DNA from: an uncultured Gemmatimonadales bacterium | Lineage (GTDB): Bacteria > Gemmatimonadota > Gemmatimonadetes > Longimicrobiales > RSA9 | Direction: 5' to 3' | Length of the DNA stretch: 64,000 bases | Assembly (NCBI GenBank): GCA_963783305.1 | Contig: CAWAMW010000015.1 | Coordinates: 256,001 to 320,000 of the forward strand | In this document: positions 42,597 to 51,062 of the stretch, piece by piece | How positions within the stretch are numbered: position 1 is the stretch's first letter | How the letters are laid out: each line of letters starts with the position of its first letter | The notes under the pieces: model-generated | The model's input: the letters and a program-made list of their open reading frames with translations, nothing else | Told to the model about the DNA's origin: nothing | Database searches by the model: none | Translations under genes and position numbers: made by a program

Positions 42597-42747
42597 GGTT
42601 AACAATCGGTTGGCGCCTGCGCGGCCTGCGGCCGCTCCGGAGAACCCGCCGCGGCCGTGTTGAAGCTGGTAAGGGGAGAGGTGTTTCGAAGGCGGTCGCC
42701 CGCTGGAGGTTTCGGCGCGGCGGGTCGCCAACCTGGAAACGTTATGC
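42597..42747 (+). repeat. attC-like site 10
   Basis: GGTTAAC...GTTATGC. Confidence 0.9.
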
Positions 42748-42812
42748 GCCATTGCACCGCTGGGCGTACGGCTGGTGAGGATCGTCAGGAGAGACCAAGC
42801 TCAAGGGACGTG

Positions 42813-43970
42813 ATGCCGCGAGAAAAGCAGTGCAACGTGGTTTTGGACGCGAACATCCTCGTGGCCGATGTTTGGATGGCGGGCCGGAGCTTCTCCTATC
42901 TGAGGCGTCATCGATTTCTTGAGCATCGACCGGTAGTGCCTCACGTCGCGTACTTGGAGACGCGAAACCAGCTGAAGTTGAGAGCAGAAGCGCTGATCGC
43001 TCACCGAACGGCCGAGGAAGGTGGTTCCCACGGCAACACCGTTCGGCTACGGCGGCTCTTCAATTGTGAGGATTGTCCGACTCCGGAGCATTGGGATGTC
43101 GATCGAGCTGCGTACAGAAATGGGACGATTTTGCTTCTGGGGGTCGCTGGACGAGTTCGGCGGGATGGTCCTCGACGCGCCCGACGTCGAGATCAGCGAA
43201 ATTACTAACCGTTCTATCGCCCGGAAGCGCCGCATTTTCGCGCGGTGATAAAGGTGTTTCAGGGATACCTCTCATCTGGCTCGGGACGCTCGAATTGGCT
43301 ACACCCGGATTGGTCGTGTCTCATTCGTCACTGCCAGATACCAATGACTTCTGTTGACAAGGGCGGGGTGGAACCGCATCCAGAAATAGTCAGCCGAAGT
43401 GGCGGAGCGGACTGGCGGCGAATTGGAAAATGTTGTTTCACAAGTCCTTGGACGACTTCATTGCCCACTTCGAGTTCTGATCGGTGCCGCGAGTTCGGAG
43501 GCCCTCCAGAGAGCGCTGATCTCGAAAGCACGTTCTCTGGCTTCGACGTTTGGGATTGGCTCGAATCCGAGTTCCCTCGCATTTTCGGCGGCGGAGATGA
43601 ACTTGACATGGTCCAATGGGCCGGCTTTCCGACCCCCGCCTGAAGCGCCGGTTCTCCACAGCGTAGAGCAACTCATTAGCCTGGACATCGCGCCGGGTCA
43701 AGTATCTTCATGAAGACGTGTACCGGTGTGTACTGTGATTTTTCCTTCGTTGGCAATTTCGAGGCTTCGATCGGCTGACTATGACGCGGACTCTGTAGTT
43801 CATCCGAATCAACGCACATGGAAGCGACGAAAGCGATCCTTTCTGGACTGAGGTCGGCCTTCAGGGAGTCGGCACCTGTCGCTAATAGCAATAGATCTCG
43901 ATGTGCGAACGCAAGCTGTTGAGGCCTTACTTCTACCGCAGCCGCTGGAGCACTGGAAGACCTATGAGGG
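42813..43970 (+). pseudogene. Cassette 11: PIN-domain protein, multiply frameshifted
   Basis: VVLDANIL at N-terminus; DKG..RD..IWL and NDF motifs spread over frames; end approximate. Confidence 0.6.
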
Positions 43971-44061
43971 AGCGATTCAACGCCTGGAGCAGGTGAGGAA
44001 CGAAGTGGAGGACGCGAGGACAGCATTTTCAGAGGGTTTGAATCAGGATGGGAGCAACGGC

Positions 44062-44214
44062 GCCTAACAAACGGTTGGCGCCTGCGCGGCCTGCGGCCGC
44101 TCCGGAGAACCCGCCGCGGCCGTCTGGAAGCTGGTGAGGGTTCGTGAGGTTTCGAAGGCGGTCGCGCGCTGGAGGTTATCGGCGCGGCGGGTCGCCAACC
44201 TGGAAACGTTATCT
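44062..44214 (+). repeat. attC-like site 11
   Basis: GCCTAAC...GTTATCT. Confidence 0.9.
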
Positions 44215-44234
44215 GAAACCCCTTAGGAAAGCGG

Positions 44235-44657
44235 ATGGCTGAGACTGACGGTGGGGAAATCTGGTTCCTGAATCGTGGCCTCGTCGTGCTGCGGCCGAAG
44301 CAGCCGTTCGTCGACTGGGTGCGGGAAGCGGATCCGGGACCGGGACCGCCAGTGAGTGAGGAGGTCGCGGGGAAGGCGGTGGAGGCGTTCCTGATCCCGC
44401 AGTTCGATATGACCCCGGATTCGGAAGCGTGGATCCGGGACAATTTCGATCTGATGTTCGAGATCGCTCTGGACAGCTGGTATACGGAGCCGGCGTTATG
44501 GCCGAAGAACCGGGACTGGAAGGAGTTCAACCGCTGGTTCAATGTGGAACTCATTGACGTGGCCTGGGATCTCGTGAATCAGCCACTTTCGAGCGAGCCG
44601 CCGCAGGGTCCAGCAGATCGGGCGGGTGGGAACGGGGCTTCAGATAACAACCGGTGA
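44235..44657 (+). CDS. Cassette 12: conserved-looking hypothetical protein
   Basis: NRGLVVLRPKQPFVDWV, FEIALDSW, WPKNR, FNRWF; RBS AGGA. Confidence 0.8.
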   Translation: MAETDGGEIWFLNRGLVVLRPKQPFVDWVREADPGPGPPVSEEVAGKAVEAFLIPQFDMTPDSEAWIRDNFDLMFEIALDSWYTEPALWPKNRDWKEFNRWFNVELIDVAWDLVNQPLSSEPPQGPADRAGGNGASDNNR

Positions 44658-44794
44658 GCGCCTGCGCTCCCTTCGGTCGCTTCGGAGTACCCCGCTCAAG
44701 AACATGGTGCCGATCGGGGCTGCGGGTAGTTTCGGAAGGGAGCGGCGCCTGGTGAGGTGGCGGAAGCGGGGTCGCCAACCTGGAAACGTTAAGC
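44642..44794 (+). repeat. attC-like site 12 (divergent variant)
   Basis: AGATAAC...GTTAAGC; inner stem ACCCCGCT/AGCGGGGT. Confidence 0.85.
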
Positions 44795-44849
44795 GCAATC
44801 ACTTCCGGATAGCGGGTGCCGAGAGCCGGAGTAAACTGGGGAGTCAGAT

Positions 44850-45203
44850 ATGGACTGGCGTTTGATGATGATGGCCGGAATGGCGCTGCTGATCATGATC
44901 TGGTTCGGCATGGATGCATATCTACGAATCAGGGCCCTTTCGCGTGGGGTAGCGCTGGAGGATCAGGGGGCGGCGAGTGTCTCCCATGTGTATGTGGTCG
45001 CGGCGTGTCGGATCACTGTAGTACTCGGAGTTCCGGCCTTCGTGATCGCGTACGGCGCCGGGGCGGACATCATGTGGGCTGTGGCGGGTCCTCCGGTCGT
45101 CCTCCTCACTTGCGGCTTCGTTGAGTGGGGGACAACGCGTTGGGTCTTCGATCATGATCGACAACAAGCTGGCAGTGTGGACCATAAGCGTCTTGGTGGG
45201 TGA
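44850..45203 (+). CDS. Cassette 13: membrane protein
   Basis: RBS GGGAG, three hydrophobic segments, stop just before att13. Confidence 0.75.
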   Translation: MDWRLMMMAGMALLIMIWFGMDAYLRIRALSRGVALEDQGAASVSHVYVVAACRITVVLGVPAFVIAYGAGADIMWAVAGPPVVLLTCGFVEWGTTRWVFDHDRQQAGSVDHKRLGG

Positions 45204-45207
45204 CTGC

Positions 45208-45359
45208 GCTTAACAACTGGCTGGCGCCTACGCGGCCTACGGCCGCTCCGGAGTAACCGCCGGCATCCGGCGAGGTGGTGGTGAGGGGCGGGAAGTTTCG
45301 AAAGTTCGCGAGTTGGTGAGGTCGTGGAGCGGCGGTTCGCCAGCCTTTGAACGTTATGA
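45208..45359 (+). repeat. attC-like site 13 (divergent variant)
   Basis: GCTTAAC...GTTATGA; GGCTGGCG/CGCCAGCC outer stem. Confidence 0.85.
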
Positions 45360-45390
45360 GCCATGCCCGACGGCAGGGGAGTGAGAGCAA

Positions 45391-45645
45391 ATGATGAGGC
45401 TTCGCCCTGACTTGCTGGTGGTCTTTGCCGTGGTAGCGGCAACAATCACGATGTTCGCGCTATTGCGGTTTTCGGACTGGGAGCGGACCACGGTGGTCGG
45501 GGTTTCGTCGTTAGTCATTGTGATCCCCCTGCTCATCAACAGCCAGCTTGTGCTAGGACGGAAACGCGCCCGTTCTGAGGAGCTCATGAGGGAGATCGTC
45601 AGCGAGGGACGCGAGGTCGAGCTAGAACGAAAGGATGGGCCGTGA
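45391..45645 (+). CDS. Cassette 14: small membrane protein
   Basis: Two TM segments; cassette ends GTTATGAGCCATGCCCG / CGGGCACAGCTCATAAC. Confidence 0.72.
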   Translation: MMRLRPDLLVVFAVVAATITMFALLRFSDWERTTVVGVSSLVIVIPLLINSQLVLGRKRARSEELMREIVSEGREVELERKDGP

Positions 45646-45666
45646 AAGGCGGGCACAGCTCATAAC

Positions 45667-45931
45667 GCAGCATGCGAGACAGGGGGCGGTGCCACCCAGC
45701 GAAGCGGCTCTGTTGATCGACCGCGTTCTCATGCACGACAACCTGCCCCAGCGGTATGGGACACAGTTCAAAATGGCGTAGGGACGCTGGGTGCTTCATC
45801 CGGTAGAGGATGAGGACGGACTGGAGGAACGGCGGAGATCAATGGGCCTTCCATCCATGGACGAGTACATGCGCATGATGGAGGAAGCGTACGGTGCGCC
45901 CGTTGTAAGGCAGCATAGCGACGGGAAATAG
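45667..45931 (+). pseudogene. DUF6624-like C-terminal fragment
   Basis: Manual translation ALLIDRVLMHDNLPQRYGTQF..*..PVEDEDGLEERRRSMGLPSMDEY; no start, internal TAG at 45779. Confidence 0.7.
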
Positions 45932-46030
45932 AGAGGGAAACGGTTGAGCCCCTGACCGTGGGCGGCATATTTTGGCGGACGACACGTGATGCAGCAGGTC
46001 CACGGGCCTCGGACCGCAAGGAGATATCGA

Positions 46031-46540
46031 ATGGGCATCGAACGTTACCGCCTCGGGTCCTTCATACGCGCGGGCGCCGTCGGCTTGCTTGTCGTGGGAC
46101 TGGTTGGATGCGGGAAAGGCCAGGGAGACCCGACACAGCCGGAGGTCCATGCGCCCGCTGAGGAGCTCGAGGGGACATGGAGCTGGGTACGGTCCGTCGA
46201 TGTGAACACCCTGGATCTCCACACTCCAGGCGCCGACGATTTCCAGGCAGAGCTTGTCTTCGTCGCCGACTCCGAGCGGGAGGGGAGTTACGTGTACCGG
46301 CGTACGGGAGCCCCGGAGGTAAACGGTCGCTTCGGTATCGGCTCGGAGGATTCCCCCGGGAATGACTTCATCGCCATCGACCACCCCATCGATTTCCTGG
46401 AGAGCCACGCGTGGGTTGTGGCAGGAACGGACAGTCTGTGGCTGGGTGGCGTGTTCGAGAATGGCTACAACTCCCTGTACGCGCGGGTTTCTGCTTCGCC
46501 ATCCCCAGATTCCTCGTTGCCGGCTCAGAAGGGATTGTAA
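46031..46540 (+). CDS. Hypothetical lipoprotein
   Basis: Lipobox LVGC, LEGTWSW, RBS GGAG. Confidence 0.75.
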   Translation: MGIERYRLGSFIRAGAVGLLVVGLVGCGKGQGDPTQPEVHAPAEELEGTWSWVRSVDVNTLDLHTPGADDFQAELVFVADSEREGSYVYRRTGAPEVNGRFGIGSEDSPGNDFIAIDHPIDFLESHAWVVAGTDSLWLGGVFENGYNSLYARVSASPSPDSSLPAQKGL

Positions 46541-46602
46541 GAGCGAGAAGTATTGGCGCAACGCTGGAACGTCAAGCGCAATTAACGTGAGGAGGCGCGG
46601 TC

Positions 46603-47190
46603 ATGGATAGGAGTCGCTGGATTGGAATCGCTGCGCTGGTGGCCGCCGTCAGTTGTGGCCCGACCTCCGAGGAAGAGCCGATCCGGGCAGAACTACCTGA
46701 GAGCGAGTCCACCGCTGAAGCTCGTGTTGCACCTGTTCAGACGGCGACCGACGCCGGCTGGGAGGTCGACTTCAGCAGCTATGGGCCCGTCCCGCTGGGC
46801 ATCGCATTCATGGAGGCGAATCAGGCGGCCGGAGGCGTGCTCGAGTCTCCAGGGTCAATGGAGGGTTGCGAGACCGTCCATGTGTCGGAGGGGCGGGAGA
46901 GGGTTGGGCTGATGGTCGTTGACGGGCGGATCACCCGTGTCGATGTCTACAACCCTGAGATCACCACGGCACAGGGCGCCAGGATCGGAGACAGCGAGGA
47001 GCAGATCAGAGCCCTATACCCCGAGAGCCTCGAGGTCCGACCTCACAAGTACACGGATGGAAGCTATCTGATCGTCACGCCTCCGGGCGCAGATCGGTTT
47101 CGGCTGGTCTTTGAAACGGCACGAGGGACGGTCCAGACGTTCAGAGCGGGTGTGCTGCCCGAAGTGGAATGGGTAGAAGGGTGCGCCTAG
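46603..47190 (+). CDS. Hypothetical lipoprotein
   Basis: Lipobox AVSC, GARIGDS, PHKY, VEGCA*. Confidence 0.8.
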   Translation: MDRSRWIGIAALVAAVSCGPTSEEEPIRAELPESESTAEARVAPVQTATDAGWEVDFSSYGPVPLGIAFMEANQAAGGVLESPGSMEGCETVHVSEGRERVGLMVVDGRITRVDVYNPEITTAQGARIGDSEEQIRALYPESLEVRPHKYTDGSYLIVTPPGADRFRLVFETARGTVQTFRAGVLPEVEWVEGCA

Positions 47191-47297
47191 ACGGCTGTTC
47201 CGGTGGTGAGGTCGCTGTAGGTCCGAAGGTGCTGGAGCCCCGAACCAGCGTTCGGCGGCGCACGGACCTCACTGGTAGTTACGGAAAGGCTTCGCTG

Positions 47298-47530
47298 ATG
47301 GAGACGCGAGACCCGGTGGTTGAGTATCTGGACACGTCGGTTCTATGGTATGGCGAAGGCGATGGACGTGACTCGGATCATCGTGGATGGAGCCCGAGCG
47401 TGTGCCCAGACGCGCTATGAGCTCGAGCCGCCCGGTGGCCGCAGTTTCGAAAGCCACGTCGCCGAAGTGTTGGAGGTGAGCGGCGGCAGGATCACTGCGC
47501 CTGGCATCTACTTCGACAGCGCACCCCTTC
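47298..47530 (+). pseudogene. SnoaL/NTF2-like remnant
   Basis: IIVDGARAC...VAEVLEVSGGRI...IYFDSAP; start in another frame. Confidence 0.5.
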
Positions 47531-47692
47531 GCTCCCTTCGGTTGTTGTGGAGTACCCGGCCGGCAGGCGGATCGGTGGCTGGGAGTGTGCGCATGCCCGG
47601 AAATCGGACCGTTCGAAAGGTGGCCGCTCGAGATGATCGATCCTACATTCTCACCATCGATAGGCCGATTTGAACCAGCGAGCGGAAGGCAC

Positions 47693-48247
47693 ATGAGCGC
47701 TTCACCCGCGGACCGGCTGAACACGATCCCATTCGCCATAATGGCGGGTGGGTGGCTCGGGCCCCTCCTCATGTTCTGGCTCTACGTCTGGGGGCCGCTT
47801 CGGCCATATTCGTATCCTCCCGGCCGCCTTCTTCCGGGCCCTTCTTTTGCGCTTCTCGTGGTCGGTTGCGCTGCCGTGGGGTGGGCGCTGCCGCGCCGGT
47901 ACTTCCGGATTCACCGGTTCGAACGCACCGGCCGGCTGTACGAAAGGCTCGGCGTCCGCGCGTTCCGCCACGTGGTCCCCGATGGCGACCTCATCAACCG
48001 ATGGGTGCGGCGTTCCATTCCCGGCTACCGGGTGGTCCGGGGCAGGCGTGCGGTCGCGGCTTTCGTGGCCAGGACCGAGCGAAGCGAGCGCGGCCATGCG
48101 GTTCTGCTGATGCTGGGTGTGGTGTCGGCGGCGTACGCGTGGACCCTGGACTGGCGTGTATGGGCGCTGTACCTCACCGCCGGCAACCTCCTGGTCAATC
48201 TCTACCCGATCCTGCTGCAGCGGTACACGCGGAGCCGCCTGCATTGA
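47693..48247 (+). CDS. CrtO-like (glycosyl-4,4'-diaponeurosporenoate acyltransferase family) membrane protein
   Basis: FERTGRLYERLGVR, TERSERGH, NLYPILLQRYTRSRL. Confidence 0.75.
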   Translation: MSASPADRLNTIPFAIMAGGWLGPLLMFWLYVWGPLRPYSYPPGRLLPGPSFALLVVGCAAVGWALPRRYFRIHRFERTGRLYERLGVRAFRHVVPDGDLINRWVRRSIPGYRVVRGRRAVAAFVARTERSERGHAVLLMLGVVSAAYAWTLDWRVWALYLTAGNLLVNLYPILLQRYTRSRLH

Positions 48248-48287
48248 GACATGGCCGTGACAAACCTCGGACGAAACGAGAAACCGG

Positions 48288-48803
48288 ATGATTAGAACAG
48301 GACTGCTTGGTATTCTGCTGGTCCTGTCGGTCGGAGCATGTGCGCACGGCTCCAGCGAGGGGGCGGAGCCAGCGGGCCTGCCGATGTGCGCAGAAGACGT
48401 GGTGGGCGTCCGACCTGAGATGCTTCAAGATCGCAGCGCCTCCGAGATCAAGGAAACGATAGCGTCCCTGGGCTGGATCGCGATCGAGAGCGGCTCCGAG
48501 GTGGTTGCTGTTGATCGCCCCCCCCGATTGGCCAACACGGGGAAAGTGCAACGTGCGCTCGTCAGCCACTTTCCGACTGATCTTCGGGATCGACGGATTG
48601 GCGGGAGCGTCACGTTCTTCGTCTGGCTCGACCCTGAGGGAAACCTGGTCCGCAAGGCGATCGCCAAGGGGTCCCGGTATCCGGCGTTCGACCGGGCGGC
48701 TGCGAATGTCGTCTCCGTCATGGAGTTCAGCCCGGCCGCCACCGAGACGTGTCGCGTGGCCTTCTGGAATGAGCTGGTCGTGAATTTCGAAGCGCACCGG
48801 TGA
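48288..48803 (+). CDS. TonB C-terminal domain lipoprotein
   Basis: Lipobox VGAC, GSVTFFVWLDPEG, GSRYPAFDRAA, FSPA. Confidence 0.75.
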   Translation: MIRTGLLGILLVLSVGACAHGSSEGAEPAGLPMCAEDVVGVRPEMLQDRSASEIKETIASLGWIAIESGSEVVAVDRPPRLANTGKVQRALVSHFPTDLRDRRIGGSVTFFVWLDPEGNLVRKAIAKGSRYPAFDRAAANVVSVMEFSPAATETCRVAFWNELVVNFEAHR

Positions 48804-48855
48804 TGCTGGGGAGGTTCCGTAGGGGGAGTGAGGCCATGGGCTGGAGGTTGAGGCC

Positions 48856-49658
48856 GTGCGTTGTCGCGGCCGGTGCGATCGTGTTGGGCGTGAGTGCGCC
48901 CGCGGCTGCGCAACCGAATCGCCGGCGAGCGTCATGGAGTTGAATCGTGGTGGGGACTGGGCCCAGGCCGCTTCCCTCGCGGAAGCATTGCTGGCCGAGG
49001 ATCACCCTGCTGGCGCCCAGGCCCGCTGTGAGTTGATGTATCACCTCGCCTACGCACGGGCGCGGCTGGGAGAGGTTGCGGCTGCCCGCTCGGCCATCGG
49101 GGCTTTTGACCAGGAATGCGGCGGAAACGGAGCCAATCACTGGGTCAACCGGGAAGTCGGGCCCCTGCGGGAGGAACTGGGTGAGAGCCCTGCGGTGAGC
49201 ACGTCCGACGGCTTCTGGACGACGGCAGATCCGAGCTCGCTGGGCCTGGATGCGACCATCGTCAGAAAGCATGCAGCACTTTGTGAGCGCACCGGCGCCG
49301 ATGCATGCCTTCTGGTCTATCGTGGCAGGATCGTGCAGGAGTGGTATTCGCGCCGTTACCGCGAGCCGATCTACGCGATGTCCACGACCTCTGGGGTGGC
49401 GAGCGGGTCCTGAGCAGGGAGTGGATCGAACGGTCGACCCGACCCTCGCAGCGGTACAACCGCGACTATGGGCTGCTCTGGTGGCTTCATGATGCGCCGA
49501 AGGGCTACGCAGGGCATGGCCATCTCGACACCAGCCTCCACATCTTCCCCGATCTCCAGCTGATCGCGGTCCGGATGCAGGCTCGACCCCTGGAGAATGA
49601 CCCTGAGGGAACGTATGAAGCTGAAGCCCTCGAGCTCTTCCGCGGGCTCGTGCCCTGA
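48856..49658 (+). pseudogene. Serine hydrolase (beta-lactamase family) with internal deletion
   Basis: LLVYRGRIVQEWY...AMSTT jumps to WGGERVLSREWI...YGLLWW...GHG...IFPDL in another frame. Confidence 0.7.
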
Positions 49659-49730
49659 GCGGCCGCTGGACCGCATCGTGCGGGCGATCGCGGCCCCACG
49701 ACGTGGATTCACCCCTGCGAGAGGCCCCCG

Positions 49731-50207
49731 ATGCCCGATGTCGTCTACACCGCCAGGCTGCGGATCGAGCAGGACCAGCCACCGCTGCGCCACGCCCACC
49801 TGCCCCACCGCGACGAGCCGGTCCGGTTCGGCGTGCACGGCGCGGTGGCGGAGCATTACGGCGCGAGCCCGGAGCGGCAGGACCCCACCACACTGGACTT
49901 CGTGATCGCGGCGGCGGCCGGCTGACTGACCGGCACCTTTGCCGGCGCGCTGTCAGCGCGCGAGGTCACGGTCGCGCCCCACCGTCTCACGTCGGAGGTG
50001 ACGGGCGAGGTGGAGAAGGAGGACGGGGTCCTGGTCATCAAGCGGATCCACGTGCTGTACCGGCTGCGGGCGCCGGAGTCCGCGCGGGGGACCGCGGAGC
50101 GGGTCCGGGCCATGCACCACGAGCACTGCCCCGTCTACCGCAGCATCGCGGGGTGCATCGACATCACGACCGAGCTGGAGCTCGTGGACGAGGCGGAGGC
50201 GTCATGA
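49731..50207 (+). CDS. OsmC-like protein, probable selenoprotein (TGA at 49923)
   Basis: TTLDFVIAAAAG-U-LTGTF continues in frame to HCPVYRSI; hairpin after the TGA. Confidence 0.8.
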
Positions 50208-50271
50208 CGGCAGCGATCATTCCAGGAAGCCGGGGGAATTGTTGGGTTCCGCCGTACGCTGGGCACGACAC

Positions 50272-50934
50272 ATGACCAGGGTGCGAGTCGACAGCTTCGC
50301 GATCTCGATCGACGGATATGGTGCGGGCCCCAACCAGTCCCTGGAGAATCCCCTTGGCGAAGGTGGAGAGGACCTCCACCGGTGGTTTCATCCCACCCGT
50401 ACGTTCCAGAGGATGGTGCTCGGGAAGGATCGCGGCACCACGGGAATCGACGATGAGTTCGCCGCGAGAGGCTTCGAGAACATGGGCGCCTGGATCCTGG
50501 GAAGGAACATGTTCGGACCGGTCCGCGGCCCGTGGCCGGACGACGAGTGGAAAGGGTGGTGGGGAGCCAGTCCACCGTATCATGTCCCGGTCTTTGTCCT
50601 GACCCATCACGCGCGCCCGCCACTGGAGATGGAGGGCGGCACGACCTTTCATTTCGTCACGGGCGGCATACACGAGGCGCTGGAGCGGGCGCGGGCGTCC
50701 GCGGATGGAAAGGACGTGCGGATCGGGGGAGGGCCGGACACGATCCGGCAGTACCTGCGGGCGGGCCTCATCGATGAACTTCACCTCGCGATTGCACCCA
50801 TTCTTCTCGGTGGCGGCGAGCGCCTCTTCGAAGGTGTGGAGATGCGGGCCGCGGGCTACGAGGTGATCGAGTCTGTGGGGACCGAGAAGGCCACGCACGT
50901 CATCATTCGACGCAAGGCGGGGCACGGCGCCTGA
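50272..50934 (+). CDS. Dihydrofolate reductase-like (RibD C-terminal) protein
   Basis: SIDGYGAGP, GRNMF, VFVLTH, GGG, GLIDEL. Confidence 0.9.
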   Translation: MTRVRVDSFAISIDGYGAGPNQSLENPLGEGGEDLHRWFHPTRTFQRMVLGKDRGTTGIDDEFAARGFENMGAWILGRNMFGPVRGPWPDDEWKGWWGASPPYHVPVFVLTHHARPPLEMEGGTTFHFVTGGIHEALERARASADGKDVRIGGGPDTIRQYLRAGLIDELHLAIAPILLGGGERLFEGVEMRAAGYEVIESVGTEKATHVIIRRKAGHGA

Positions 50935-51062
50935 GCCGGCGCGCGCCGGGGACGTGATCGAGCAGGGTGCCCCCCGGCGATGGAGCAGAGGATGACTCTG
51001 TCGTCTACATGGGGGGCGGAACTCGCAGTCACAGCCGCCCCCTCCATCCGGGAGCACGGAAA

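Larger units (their letters stand above)
35438..45666 (+). mobile_element. Integron-like platform: recombinase + attI-like site + 14 cassettes
   Basis: 13 repeats of about 150 bp separating short co-oriented genes; reverse-complementary cassette ends; visibly lower GC. Confidence 0.92.

Noticed and set aside
38077..42812. ORF starts inside att repeats (38077, 39176, 40994, 41372, 42657)
   Set aside because: They translate repeat sequence; better starts lie after the crossover.
37326..45359. CRISPR array
   Set aside because: Repeats are about 150 bp and the intervening segments are gene-bearing, 240-1300 bp; no cas genes.
45667..45740. A 14th full att site
   Set aside because: Only a weak GCATG/CATGC pairing, no conserved stems or GTT core; the sequence reads as DUF6624-like coding DNA.
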